In this document: piece after piece, positions 12,829 through 24,793 of the stretch | Position numbering within the stretch: position 1 is the first letter of the stretch | Layout: each line of letters starts with the position of its first letter | From: Octopus bimaculoides | Taxonomy: Eukaryota | Length of the DNA stretch: 64,000 bases | Assembly: GCF_001194135.2 (NCBI RefSeq) | Contig: NC_068985.1 | Span: 36,718,978-36,782,977, forward strand | Direction: 5' to 3' | Made by a program: the position numbers and the translations under genes | The notes under the pieces: model-generated | Database searches by the model: none | The model's input: the letters and a program-made list of their open reading frames with translations, nothing else | Told to the model about the DNA's origin: nothing

Positions 12829-14489
12829 NNNNNNNNNNNNNNNNNNNNNNNNNNNNNNNNNNNNNNNNNNNNNNNNNNNNNNNNNNNNNNNNNNNNNNNN
12901 NNNNNNNNNNNNNNNNNNNNNNNNNNNNNNNNNNNNNNNNNNNNNNNNNNNNNNNNNNNNNNNNNNNNNNNNNNNNNNNNNNNNNNNNNNNNNNNNNNNN
13001 NNNNNNNNNNNNNNNNNNNNNNNNNNNNNNNNNNNNNNNNNNNNNNNNNNNNNNNNNNNNNNNNNNNNNNNNNNNNNNNNNNNNNNNNNNNNNNNNNNNN
13101 NNNNNNNNNNNNNNNNNNNNNNNNNNNNNNNNNNNNNNNNNNNNNNNNNNNNNNNNNCCTACCTTTAGCAACAATAATAACTACGACACCAGATTAATAC
13201 ATGCGATGACATACAACCGTGTTGCCACATTCGAGCTCATTTATTTATTTTTTTTTCCTGTTCGGTAATCAATATTAATCTGTTTGATGACAGTAGAAGA
13301 TATTAACGCAAACATTCACGCACGTACACGCACGCACGCACAAAGAGCATTTAGAAATACAAATATATGAAAGGTGATGTGTCAATTTTTCTCCAAAAGG
13401 TTTACAAATTCATAGCGGTTTCGCTTTCCTTCCCTACCCTTTCCCCTTTCCCTCTATCTACATATGTGTGTCCATATATAGATAAATCATCATATATATA
13501 TGCGTGTAAATATAAATGAATATATGTTTATATATGTATCATTATATATGTATACAAACACACACACACACACACATATATATACATACAAACATGTACA
13601 TATGTATTTATATATATGTGCATATGCGTACACATAAATATCATAGATATTATGCATCATAACACACGTACCACACACACACGCACACACATGTATATAT
13701 AAGCATGTATATATATTTAGTATATAAGCATATATATAACTATATATGCAAATTATATTACATCTAATGACACGCAGAGATGTATGTATATATCTATTCA
13801 AATGCAAGTTTTATTTATATTAAGTATAACATATATATATATATATATATATATANNNNNNNNNNAAATATATACATACATACATACACACACATATATG
13901 ATGTATATATATTTATATTATAAACATTTGCAATGCGTGCATACACACACTCACAGACACACACATACACACATTCTCGTTTATCTTGGAACGAAAACGA
14001 ATTAATATCTATAAACATAGAAATTGCTTTTCTGTACCCATTTCTATCCTAATTCTCCTTTCCTATCCCTGTCTATCTATCTATCTATCTATCTATCAGA
14101 ATTCCCCCCTCTGTCTCTCTTTGTGCCTACATATGTGTCTGTCGATGCGAATGGTTGAATATGCTTACGTACGATTTTGTGTGCATATGTATGGTTAAAG
14201 AAATTTATATAAAATTCCTAAATCTGTCCACCATAAATCATTCCAAACTTTGCATTTCACACCACGGATGCCACAGACACACAACCGCATACAACTTGTC
14301 ATTAGTGTTGAAATTTAAATCAGACCAACAGTACTACATAGAAATTTATATATTGGTGTACTTCAACGGGGCAAGCGTATGCTTTTCCCTTTTTGTTGGT
14401 GATGCATCTTTTTATTTTCTGCGTATGCACATCCCTCAGTCTCTCTCTCACTCACAGACACACACACACACACACACACGCACACACAC

Positions 14490-14521
<32 letters not shown>

Positions 14522-14637
14522 TCTCTCTCTCTCTCTCTCTCTCAATCTATCTATCTATCTATCTATCTATCTACTATCTTGCTATCTATAATACCGGAAG
14601 CTTCTTGTATTTCAGATAGATAGATAGACAGGTAGAT

Positions 14638-14679
<42 letters not shown>

Positions 14680-15684
14680 GAATGTATGCATGTATGTATA
14701 TCGTGCGAGAGTGCATGGGTCAGCTATGGAGAGAAAGAGTGAGGCAAGAGAGAAAGAAATAGATCTGAGCTCACGACAAATACTTTATCGACCCCAGAAA
14801 ATCTAATGGCTAAGTTAGCCTCAATGAGATTTGAACTCAGAGCAATGCAGAGAGCCAGAACGAATACCGCAATGTATCCAATATTCAAATGATTGTGAAG
14901 TATGTGACTAAATGAATCTCTAATCTAGCTTACATGCCTCAATTCTATGGTTGAAATAGAACATTATACTGCGCAATGAGGGTAAACATGAGCCTTTGGA
15001 AGAGAAACTATGTATGTGTGTATGCGCGCGTATAGATATAAGAATGCATATTACTTTCTTTCTTCCACCTCTCTCTCTATATATATGCATGAGTGTGTGT
15101 GTGTGTGTGTATGCGTGTGAGTAGAATATTAAAGAATTGGACTATTAATGAAGTTAGTGACGTAAAAAATGCCTTTGGTTTATTAATATTCTTAAATCTC
15201 ATTAAAAAGCAGATCAAGGCAATGTGGAATCAAAACGACTAGATTTTAAAGTCTTCATTTGAGTCTTCATTCGTCTCGTGGTTTTCAAGTTTTACTTAAG
15301 GGGTCAGAAACATTAATGAAGCTCTCAGTATTTATGGTTGTCGCCAAATTTTAGCTTGCTAACTAACATTCGGAAGGAAGTAAAAGAACACGGCAGCGTT
15401 GTTAACTGCAACGTGCAATGTCGGTGGGCAATTCGCGCTAAAAATGATTAAAGGAGGGAGCTTTATGTGGTCATTTGTGCTGTTAGTAAAATAGTAGCCG
15501 AATGACGCCTATTATATCACACAGTATTGTCGCAAAAAAAAAACAAAAAAACGAAGGGCACATTGTATATTGTAGTTCTAGATATACTATATCTTAATAA
15601 AACAAGGGATAGTCGTGGCTGGATTGCCTTTAATCATAGATCTATTCAGTAAAGCCTGACTTGAGGTCAAACAACAACATTAGT

Positions 15685-15902
15685 AATCTTTTCTACTAAA
15701 GGCATATGACCTGAAATTTTGGGGGTGAGGGTACCAGTCAATTACATCGACCCCAGTGTTTCACTTGTACTTAATTTATCGAGTTCGAAAGGATAAAAGG
15801 CAATGTGGACCTCGGTGGAATTTGAACTCAGAACATAGCGGCAGACAAAATACCGCTAAACATTTCGCTTGGCGTGCTAACGATTCTGCCAGTTCGCCGC
15901 CT
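15685..15902 (-). mobile_element. SINE family B copy
   Basis: Reverse-complement of the family B head, body and tail. Confidence 0.9.
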
Positions 15903-16117
15903 CAATAACAACATTAATAATAGCAAGAATAACAACAACAACAACAACAACGACACCGACAACAGAAGTATATGTCAGTGAGGGAAGTTCTACGTGTGAG
16001 ATTCCACGGAGTGGTCATATATGGAGTATTTGGTTCTTTCAAAGAGTCCAATTAAAACTAATATTTCGTAAAATACTAGCAGATGAGTAAATCTGCAGTC
16101 TAGCAATTGCATGTTCA

Positions 16118-16727
16118 TTATTACCTCCGCCAAGGAAAGAGGTTATGTTTTCATCGGCGTTGATTTGTCCGTCTGCCCGTCTGTGTGTAAAATGACTAAA
16201 AATGTTGTGAACGGTCCTTGATGAAACTTGTAGGAAAAGTTGGTAATGACACAAGGAACAAATGATTAAATTTTGGTAGTGATCCGGGAATTTTTATGGA
16301 TTCTTGAAGGATTTTTTTCTTTGTTATATTTACTTTACATGAAGTATTACAATGTTACATTCTTTGATTATCTCCCTTGAAAACACGTTCATCGTTTCAA
16401 CGTAACCTATGGTGGCGTTGCTGTTTCTAAAGTCTATTTTTGTTTCTCTATTAGTAATTTTACTCGCGTTTTGTGTATATCACTCAAGTTTTAGATAATT
16501 ATTGTTTCTTTTTAATTGTGTGGTAAAACTAGCTTGCTGTTGTTATTGATGTATTATAACTGCTTCAGATGATTCCTGTTTTTAAAGCTTAAAAAAAAAA
16601 AATCATATGGAGGTTATGTTTTTGCCGGTGTTGGTTTGGGGAAATTGGGCGATTTTCAGCATGCGTGTATATGGGTGGAAACGAGCTGTTTGGCAGAGGT
16701 CTGCGCTCTCCGAGTGCTTTTCTAGTT
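16118..16727 (+). mobile_element. Non-autonomous Helentron/DINE-1-like (HINE) element, apparently complete
   Basis: 5' TTATTACCTCCGCCAAGGAAAGAGGT (subTIR plus local inverted repeat ACCTC..GAGGT) and a GTCCGTCTGCCCGTCTGT microsatellite-like tract. The 3' end has TGGCAGAGGT (inverse of the 5' subTIR), hairpin GCGCTC-TCC-GAGTGC and TTTTCTAGTT. No TSD. Confidence 0.75.
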
Positions 16728-16740
16728 TATTATATTTTGA

Positions 16741-16962
16741 AGGCGGCGAGCTGGCAGGAACGTTAGCACGCCGGGCAAAATGCGTAGCAGTATTTCGTCT
16801 GTCTTTACGTTCTGAGTTCAAATTCCGCTGAGATCAACTTTGCCTTTGATCCTTTCGGAGGTCGATAAATTAAATACCAGTTACGTACTGGGGTCGATCT
16901 AATCGATTGACCCCTTGCCCCAAAATTTCGGGCCTTGTGCCTAGAGTAGAAAAGATTATATT
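16741..16962 (+). mobile_element. SINE family B copy
   Basis: Full head, body and tail ending AGTAGAAAAGATTAT. Confidence 0.9.
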
Positions 16963-17063
16963 TTGGATCATTGCCTTTTGAGTTACTGTCTGATTTTGCG
17001 ACACACAGGTATAGCGGTATTGGAGGATATTGATTGGTTAAAACTAGCAAAAATATCAATCTT

Positions 17064-17734
17064 GGATCTATTTTAAAACGGGGGCACCAGTATTTTCTTA
17101 ACGAAACACTAACGAAACACTTTGAAACTTGGGACACTGGTAGAATGTGTCATATAAAACATCTTTTACTCTTAGTCTTCTTAACAAAAAAATGTACATC
17201 GCAAGTTATTCCATGTTAAAGTTGTCGTATTTCTGTAATTTCAACCAATCACTGACGTCTATTCAGCTGAATAGAGTTACTGCTGGGCGGTCATAAAAAT
17301 GTTATTCCCTGTGACATATTATCCGGTTTAATCGTAATTTATACGCATATATTATTTATATAATAAATTACGCTGTGCGTATCTGTGTGTGTAACAATTT
17401 TAGAGTTCGGATTCTAGAGTTAGGGTTAGTTTTAGGGTTAGGGTTAGGGTTACGGTTACGGTTAACAGTCTAGTTAGGGTTAGGGTTAGGGTTAGGGGAT
17501 TAATACGATATACACCGTTACAGCGCTAACTGTTTTCAACTGAATAGACGTCAGTGATTAGTAGAAATTATCGAAATAAGACAATTTTTTACATGAAATA
17601 AATTCGAATACAAAATTTTTTTTCTGTTCTATAACACAAAATAGATAAGTATACGAAGTTTGAAAGTCTTTCGGTACCAAAAACACTACATAAAACATAA
17701 ATGAAAACTGGTGCCCCCGTTTTAAAATAGATCC
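17064..17734. mobile_element. Complete MITE with 28-bp perfect TIRs and 8-bp TSD (Merlin-like termini), containing TTAGGG repeats
   Basis: TIR GGATCTATTTTAAAACGGGGGCACCAGT (17064-17091) has an exact inverse at 17707-17734. TSD TCAATCTT at 17056-17063 and 17735-17742. Internal inverted repeat 17247-17271 / 17535-17559 matches 24/25. Confidence 0.92.
17420..17498 (+). repeat. Interstitial telomere-like (TTAGGG)n, degenerate
   Basis: TTAGGGTTAGTTTTAGGGTTAGGGTTAGGGTTACGGTTACGG...TTAGGGTTAGGGTTAGGGTTAGGGG. Confidence 0.9.
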
Positions 17735-18565
17735 TCAATCTTTATAAAATCGTAACATTTTTATCGGAAATTTTTGAAAAAAAAATAAAGCGGTAATTTG
17801 GCAGAGTTATTTGCAGGTTGGACAAAAATGCTTAGTGGCATTTCTTCAAGATTTGGCTTTCGGGGTCGATAAATTAAGTACCATATCAATTGAGCATTGG
17901 GATCGATATAATCAATTTGCCCCTTCCCCTAAAATGACTAGTCTTGTGCGAAAATATGAAATTAATTTCTGTGAAAATTTACTGAAATTTTCGTGAGTAG
18001 CATGGAAAACCACATCATTATTAAAAAAGTTTAACAAAATCGGACATAGTGAACGAAAAGGCAAAGATCCCTTATTTTCCATATTATTTGAAGAAAACGA
18101 ACTCTAATTGGGAATTGTAAAAGAAAGTGAAGTCTAGTTTTATGTTTCGTTGTTAGCTTTCTGCTAGTGTTCAAGTCTCGTTGGTGAAGAACAGAATTGT
18201 TTGCAATGTATGATTTGAAAACTAGTAATATTTTAATTCTATCACTGACCAAACAATTCCAACTAAAATAGAGTCTGCGTGCTGCTTCCCATAGTAATTG
18301 GCAACTTAGTTTAAAAACTTTCTACTATCTGTCATGACACATTCAGGATAACGAAAAAGTGTAACAGAAACAAAAAACAACAACAAAAAAAGCTAATTTT
18401 AATTTTGATGTAAAAAATGTTAACAGTAAAAACGAAGAAAACAAAAACTGATTTTTCTTTTCTCCCACAAATTTTCCACATCAGAAACTAAACGAAACCT
18501 GCTGTTTAAACACTGACACAAAACTTACATACTTTCACACTTTAAATAATTAGGGGAAAAAAAGA

Positions 18566-18598
<33 letters not shown>

Positions 18599-18802
18599 CA
18601 ACAGTAATATAAAGAATATTTATCACTTCAATCTTGTCGATTGTGTAGCACAACCTGTTTCATGTTTTCAATGGGAATTTACAAACTCTAACTCTGGTTT
18701 TTGAAATCAGTAACTTTGTTGTCACTTTCCTAGAAACCCAACATGTACAAATGGCATTTTCATTTCGTACCGACTTGTTTCTGTTTGTTTGTCTCTTTCT
18801 GT

Positions 18803-18952
18803 GTGTTGTTGTTGTTGTTGTTGTTGTTGTTCTTCTTCTTCTTCTTCTTCTTCTTCTTCTTCTTCTTCTTCTTCTTCTTCTTCTTCTTCTTCTTCTTCTT
18901 CTTCTTCTTCTTCTTCTTCTTCTTCTTCTTCTTCTTCTTCTTCTTCTTCTTC
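18803..18952. repeat. Compound microsatellite (GTT)n-(CTT)n
   Basis: Directly visible. It accounts for the poly-E/K/L/F/S pseudo-ORFs. Confidence 0.98.
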
Positions 18953-19119
18953 CAAGACAAGATTCAATTAATTTTGTTCACACATTTATCCATACGCATA
19001 TACTTGCTTCAACATACACTAGGTCATACAGAAATCTCATTCACTACAAGCATACACATATTTGTGCATAATATACGCCTGTGCATACATTTACACATAT
19101 ATGTTAAACATACACATTC

Positions 19120-19292
19120 AGGCGGTGAATTGACAGACCCATTAGCACGCTGGAAAATACTTAGCAGCATTTCACTCTGAGCTGAAATTGTGCCGGAGTC
19201 GCTATAATAAGTACTAGTCAAATACTAAGGTAGATGTAATCGACTTCCAACTTTCCTAAAAATCTGCTGGCCCTGGGCCAAAATTTGACGCC
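19120..19292 (+). mobile_element. SINE family B copy with internal deletion
   Basis: GGCGGTGAATTGACAGACCCATTAGCACG...AAGTACTAG...AAAATTTG. Confidence 0.7.
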
Positions 19293-19473
19293 ATATTAAG
19301 CATATACATTTATTACATTTATTGCATATCCACATACACATTCGCACATAGAAACATATCTGTAGAGTGTTAAACATTTTCGGTATGCAAATTAGGGACT
19401 CCTTCATAGAGTAACTGCATTTGTTGCGTATATAAACAGTTTGGCTGATTGCTTCTCTGGAGGCTTTCAGAAT

Positions 19474-19530
19474 GATGTGGACGCCTCTGATGAGAACCCA
19501 ATAAGGCTCGAAAATCGATTAAGGTCCATC
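19474..19530 (+). ncRNA. Type I hammerhead ribozyme motif (minimal, palindromic stem III)
   Basis: CTGATGA at 19487-19493. Stem II GAACC/GGCTC has the G10.1-C11.1 pair. GAAA at 19510-19513, stem III palindrome AATCGATT at 19513-19520, UH = T19520-A19521. Stem I: CCT/AGG plus TGGA/TCCA. Confidence 0.8.
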
Positions 19531-21498
19531 AATTTCTTTTTCAGTCTGCGGAGAAATGGTTAAAGTTTACCCTGTTTATAATCTTATCATATGTTACATA
19601 CATTCATGTATAAGCACCCTCACGAACCAACGATACAGAATATACATCATTACTGAACCCGCAAAAAATAACGGCCAAATTCTCACTCAAATCCCACACT
19701 AAGGTCAAGATACACACACGTAAAATAATGAAATGGTCAGTCAAAATACCTTTGATCATAAATTCATCTTTCGCAAATGGTTGACAATTGACGGAACAAC
19801 AAAAACAAGAACAATAATAGTAAGACTAGTAGCAGCAACAACAACAAAAAAAAAACCCAACTGATACGCATTAAAGAATATTTGTAATTCTTATTTACGC
19901 AACAGATTGTAGGTTTAACAATTCTCTTAGATTTACATATCTATTTCGGATATTAAATTACAAACCAAATATTTCATGTAAAGACCTTCAAAGTAAAATG
20001 TAATTAAAAAAAGGAATAAAAGAAGGCATAAGTTATTAATGAAAAATACTGTGAGAAGCTGAACTTGTGACTTTCCTTTCACTGTATTCTCTGATTTGTT
20101 TTTTATGTTAACCCATTAATGCATTTACTTCTCAATTTCTGTTCCGTGATATGTTCAATATTGGGCTATTCTTGCACGGTCCCGGTTCAAGCAAACCAGA
20201 AAGGAACAGTATGTGAGGATCTTCCACGACCGTTCACCCACCTCAGTATATCCATACTAAGAATCTGCGAGAGGGAGAGGGAGAAAGAGACAGAGAGAGG
20301 GGAGAAAGAAAAGAGGAAAGAGGGATGGAGAGAGGGGAGGAAGAAGAGTCGACATTAATACTTCACTGGTATTTTACCAATTCCGTAAGGATGTAAGGCA
20401 CTCGGAACGCATAATGCCAGAACAGATACTTCAAGGTAGTCTATCTGACACTCAATTGATTTATCTAATGCGCCACCTATCTTAAAGCACAGTGTCCAGA
20501 ACAGGAGAGTCAAGAAATGATTCAATATAAAGCAGTTATTTCAATTTTAAATACTACACACACACACACACACACGTGAGACTATATAAATATCACATAA
20601 AAAATATATACACATTGTTTGCATTTTCCTTTTATATTTTTCACTACAACTCATCACGTGGGGGAAAATATTTCCAACGAAGCTTTTCAATACATTCACA
20701 CACACACACGCACACGCACACACACACATATTTAATGAATCTCTCTCTCTCTCTCTCTCCCTCTGTCTTTCCCCTATCATTTCACCTGGAATAACCGATA
20801 ATAGTGGATAACTGTGGAACCACTCGTTACATAAGCACCTAAAACCTGCATACCGCCAAATCGTATTAATTGGTTTCTTCCGCACTGTATTATTAAAAGG
20901 GTATTTGGTAACTATAGTGAGCAGCTTTAGCTGCCACGTAGAAGCTTGTCCATCGGTCCACCTTATTTTCATGTAGTAAGATCGATTCATACTTAATGTA
21001 ATAAATCAAAAAATTAAAATTTATTATTACCTACCAGCACTTTGTATATTAACACTATACTTATCATTTAGGGTGTGAACCATTGTAAATTTGTCTTTAT
21101 CTGAAGTCATCCTTATATTTAGCAAATCTTGTGCTACTTAATTAATTTAGCAGAACTTTTTCGTCTTCCAGTGACACCATAGGAGGATTTCAGCTCAGTG
21201 TTGTGCCAGCTATAGACACAACCACCGTCTATGTGGTATAAATACCTGCATTACCCTCATAGTAACAATTAAAATGGACGGGTTTTGGTATTAAACATCA
21301 TGGTCAAGAGAAAAATCCAAGTAACGTTATTGATGAAATACAAATAAATCGTTGACTCTTCCTCCATTACTGGCGCATTTTAAATCTTATCAAATTGGCG
21401 ACCGACGGAATTTCTCATTTTTCTCTATTCTTCTTTCTTTTCTTTAACATTAAATTGAAAAACAAATAAACAAAATGGTAACAAAATCCGAAACTCAC

Positions 21499-21502
21499 TA
21501 TA
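21499..21502 (-). CDS. Candidate 4-nt micro-exon (TATA) of an unidentified gene
   Basis: Minus strand ctttgtttttgtttcttttag|TATA|gtgagt. Splice-signal evidence only. Confidence 0.2.
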
Positions 21503-21769
21503 CTAAAAGAAACAAAAACAAAGTAGAACAAAGAAAAATTAAATAATTAAAAAAAGACATCTTTAACACCCCGAAACAAAACTGAACTATATAATAGACC
21601 TAACAAATGTAAAAAGTAAAAGGAGAATTTTGTTGGCAAAAAGGTGAAATAAATACAGTGAAAAGTACCTCATTTATTATAACAAAGTTACATTTTATTT
21701 TGACATATTGCAGTGAAAAAGGTAATAAAGCAAAAAGAAAAAAGTGGTTAAAATATATTCATCACTCAC

Positions 21770-21811
21770 TGGAAAAAGAATATACTCCATCTTGGGCCGC
21801 AACCACCTCAG
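21770..21811 (-). CDS. Candidate 42-nt exon of an unidentified gene
   Basis: Minus strand atttttttaccag|CTGAGG...TTTTCCA|gtgagt. Open as LRWLRPKMEYILFP or xEVVAAQDGVYSFS; length is a multiple of 3. Confidence 0.35.
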
Positions 21812-22653
21812 CTGGTAAAAAAATATTTATAATTTAAAACACAAACAAGAAGATATAAAAATGCATACGAGAAAATAAACAAGAGACTAAAAAAAAACAC
21901 GATAAAAATAAATAACTAGTAAATATGATCAAATGAATAAACCAAAGCAAAAACACGCAAACAAATTTTTTTTGTCGTAAACAATATAGTTGTTTATGAA
22001 TTCACTTTAATTGGAAATTTTTTAAAAAAGTACTTTTTTTTCTTATTTTATTCCGTGTAAAGCTAAATATAAAGTATAAAGCGAATTAAAGAAAGAAATA
22101 AAAATAAAAATAAAAACATAAAGCGAATTACATGAGAGAGAAGGATGGAAGAAAAGAGGGAAGGAAGGAAGGAACGAGAGAAGTAAAGGAACATAAAAAG
22201 AAAGAAAGGAAGAATTATGTTTAAAGCGATTTGTCAATAGTTGGTGGATAAGCAATTAAAATTTAACACTAAATGGTAACATTTAACGCTAACGGTTTTT
22301 AGATGAAGAACCAAACATCGACCACTAAACGGCGTTTCTAACTACTAATGTAAAAATAAAAAAAGTTTGGTTCTCCGTCGTAATCGATGATGAGTATTCG
22401 ATTGTTCGAACAACGGAACTAAGAGTTTTGTAAACGTCTAGTGGTTAATAAAAAAAGAATATTATGAAGGCGCGCGGTGAACTGGTAGGATCGTTAGAAT
22501 CGACTCCAGGACAAGATCATCGGTAGATTATTTATCGATTCGGAAAGGATGAAAGACAAAAATTGACCTTGATGGGTTATGAACTTATAACTCAGACAGC
22601 CGTAACGACCAATCCACCGGCTACATATGTACACGCACACGCACGTGCACACA

Positions 22654-22686
<33 letters not shown>

Positions 22687-22794
22687 GCGCACACATACAC
22701 ACACTGGCACACGCACACAAACATACACACACAAACATATACACACACATGCACGCACGCACACACGCGTGCGGGCACATATACCACATTATAT

Positions 22795-23128
22795 ACGTCT
22801 TTTATCTTTTACTTGTTTTAGTCATAAGACAGCGGCCATGCTGTGGCACCGCCTTGAAGAATTTTAGCCGAACAAATCGACCCCTGTACCTTTTTTTTTT
22901 TAAAGTCTGGTACTTATTCTCTCAGCCGAACCGCTAGGTTACTGGGCCGCAAACGCACCAACATCCGTCGTCAAGCAGTGATCGGAGACAAACACTGACA
23001 CAATGACACACACATACATGCAAACACATGCATACGCACACACGCACACACACACAAGTATACACACATACACTCACACACACACACATACACATATATA
23101 CGACGTCATAAGAAGACCGTTGTGTATA

Positions 23129-23161
<33 letters not shown>

Positions 23162-23667
23162 NNNNNNNNNNNNNNNNNNNNNNNNNNNNNNNNNNNNNNN
23201 NNNNNNNNNNNNNNNNNNNNNNNNNNNNNNNNNNNNNNNNNNNNNNNNNNNNNNNNNNNNNNNNNNNNNNNNNNNNNNNNNNNNNNNNNNNNNNNNNNNN
23301 NNNNNNNNNNNNNNNNNNNNNNNNNNNNNNNNNNNNNNNNNNNNNNNNNNNNNNNNNNNNNNNNNNNNNNNNNNNNNNNNNNNNNNNNNNNNNNNNNNNN
23401 NNNNNNNNNNNNNNNNNNNNNNNNNNNNNNNATATATATATATATATATATAATATAGATAATATATAAATATATGCATATATGTACGTACCTACATATA
23501 TATGTATATATACATGTATATATGGGTACAGGACATAAAAAAAACGTAAACAATATGAGAAGCGAGAACATAAAAACAAAAACAGAAAACGAACTGTTTT
23601 TCCGAACAACCAAAGAAACAAATAGAGAAACGAGACAGGCAACATAAAGAACATTCCCTTCACCATT

Positions 23668-23702
<35 letters not shown>

Positions 23703-23860
23703 ATCTGTTGCTATTTGTTTATATGTATATCAAATCCACTCATAAGGCTTTGGTCGGCCTCTGGTTAAAGTAGAAGACACTTGCCCAAGGTGTCACGAAG
23801 TAGTACTGAACCGGAGACGATGTGGTTAGGAAGTGAACTTCTTACCACCTAGCCACGATA
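22795..23860 (-). mobile_element. SINE family A copy split by microsatellite expansion and assembly gap
   Basis: 3' half at 22795-23000 and 5' half at 23715-23860, both matching family A. Confidence 0.75.
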
Positions 23861-24202
23861 TGTAAAACGTTTGATATGACTAGAAACTCGTCAGTTTCAT
23901 TAGCTTTTCTGTCCACGGAGAGGTAAAACTTTGTGTTGTAGTTACTTTGTTTACTTTCCACGATGACGGCTAAATCATATTCTTATTAAAAAGGATTATA
24001 TTACATTTCATAAGCACACACCCGCACACATACACACACACAGCGCGCGCGCAAATATATGCTTATTTAATGTTGTCATTTTAGAGAAATTTTAAGGAAA
24101 AAGCCTCTTTTGATTGGAAGACTCAATGGTAAAAATAGAATCAAAATCATTTTAAAATTCGTTTTGACCAGCACTTTCAGTTTCGGTTGACGATTTCTTT
24201 TT

Positions 24203-24480
24203 CTTTAGTCATTTTCTTTAGTCATTTGCTTTAGTCATTTGATAGCAGCCATGCTAGAGTACCTCCTAGAAGGGTTTTAGTCGAATAAATCGACACCAGG
24301 ACTCTTTTAAAACATAGTACTTATTCTATCGAACTCTTATGCCGAACTGTTAAGTTACATGGACGTAAACATACCAAAACCGGTTGTCAAGTAGTGGTGG
24401 GGATACAAATACAAAGAAACATACACACACTCACACATATAACACACACACGCACACACACACGCACACANNNNNNNNNN

Positions 24481-24512
<32 letters not shown>

Positions 24513-24676
24513 CGATTGGCTTCTTTCAGTTTCCGTCTACCATATCCACTCACAAGGCTTTGGTCGGTCAGGGTTGAAGTAGACGACACTTGCCCAAGGT
24601 GCCATGCTGTGGGACTGAATTCGGAACCATGTGTTTGGGAAGCGAGCTTGTTACTACACAGTGACGCCTGCGCCTA
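24203..24676 (-). mobile_element. Full-length SINE family A copy with triplicated 13-bp tail unit
   Basis: Head AGGCGCAGGC...CACCTTGGGCAAGTGTC, internal (CA)n, and the 3' half. CTTTAGTCATTT(T/G) x3 at 24203-24241. Confidence 0.9.
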
Positions 24677-24680
24677 GAAG

Positions 24681-24793
24681 AAATATGGAACGCTTCACGA
24701 ATATGCGTGTCATCCTTGAGCAGCAGCTATACCAATCTTCTCTGCATCATTCCAATTTTAGTATATATATTACTTTGGCAATACATATACTAA
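24681..24793 (-). pseudogene. RNU6: U6 snRNA retrocopy/pseudogene with inverted 5' segment
   Basis: Minus strand ATATACTAAAATTGGAATGATGCAGAGAAGATTGGTATAGCTGCTGCTCAAGGATGACACGCATATTCGTGAAGCGTTCCATATTT aligns with the invariant metazoan U6 sequence. The ACAGAGA box is mutated to GCAGAGA and the AGC triad is lost. Confidence 0.92.
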
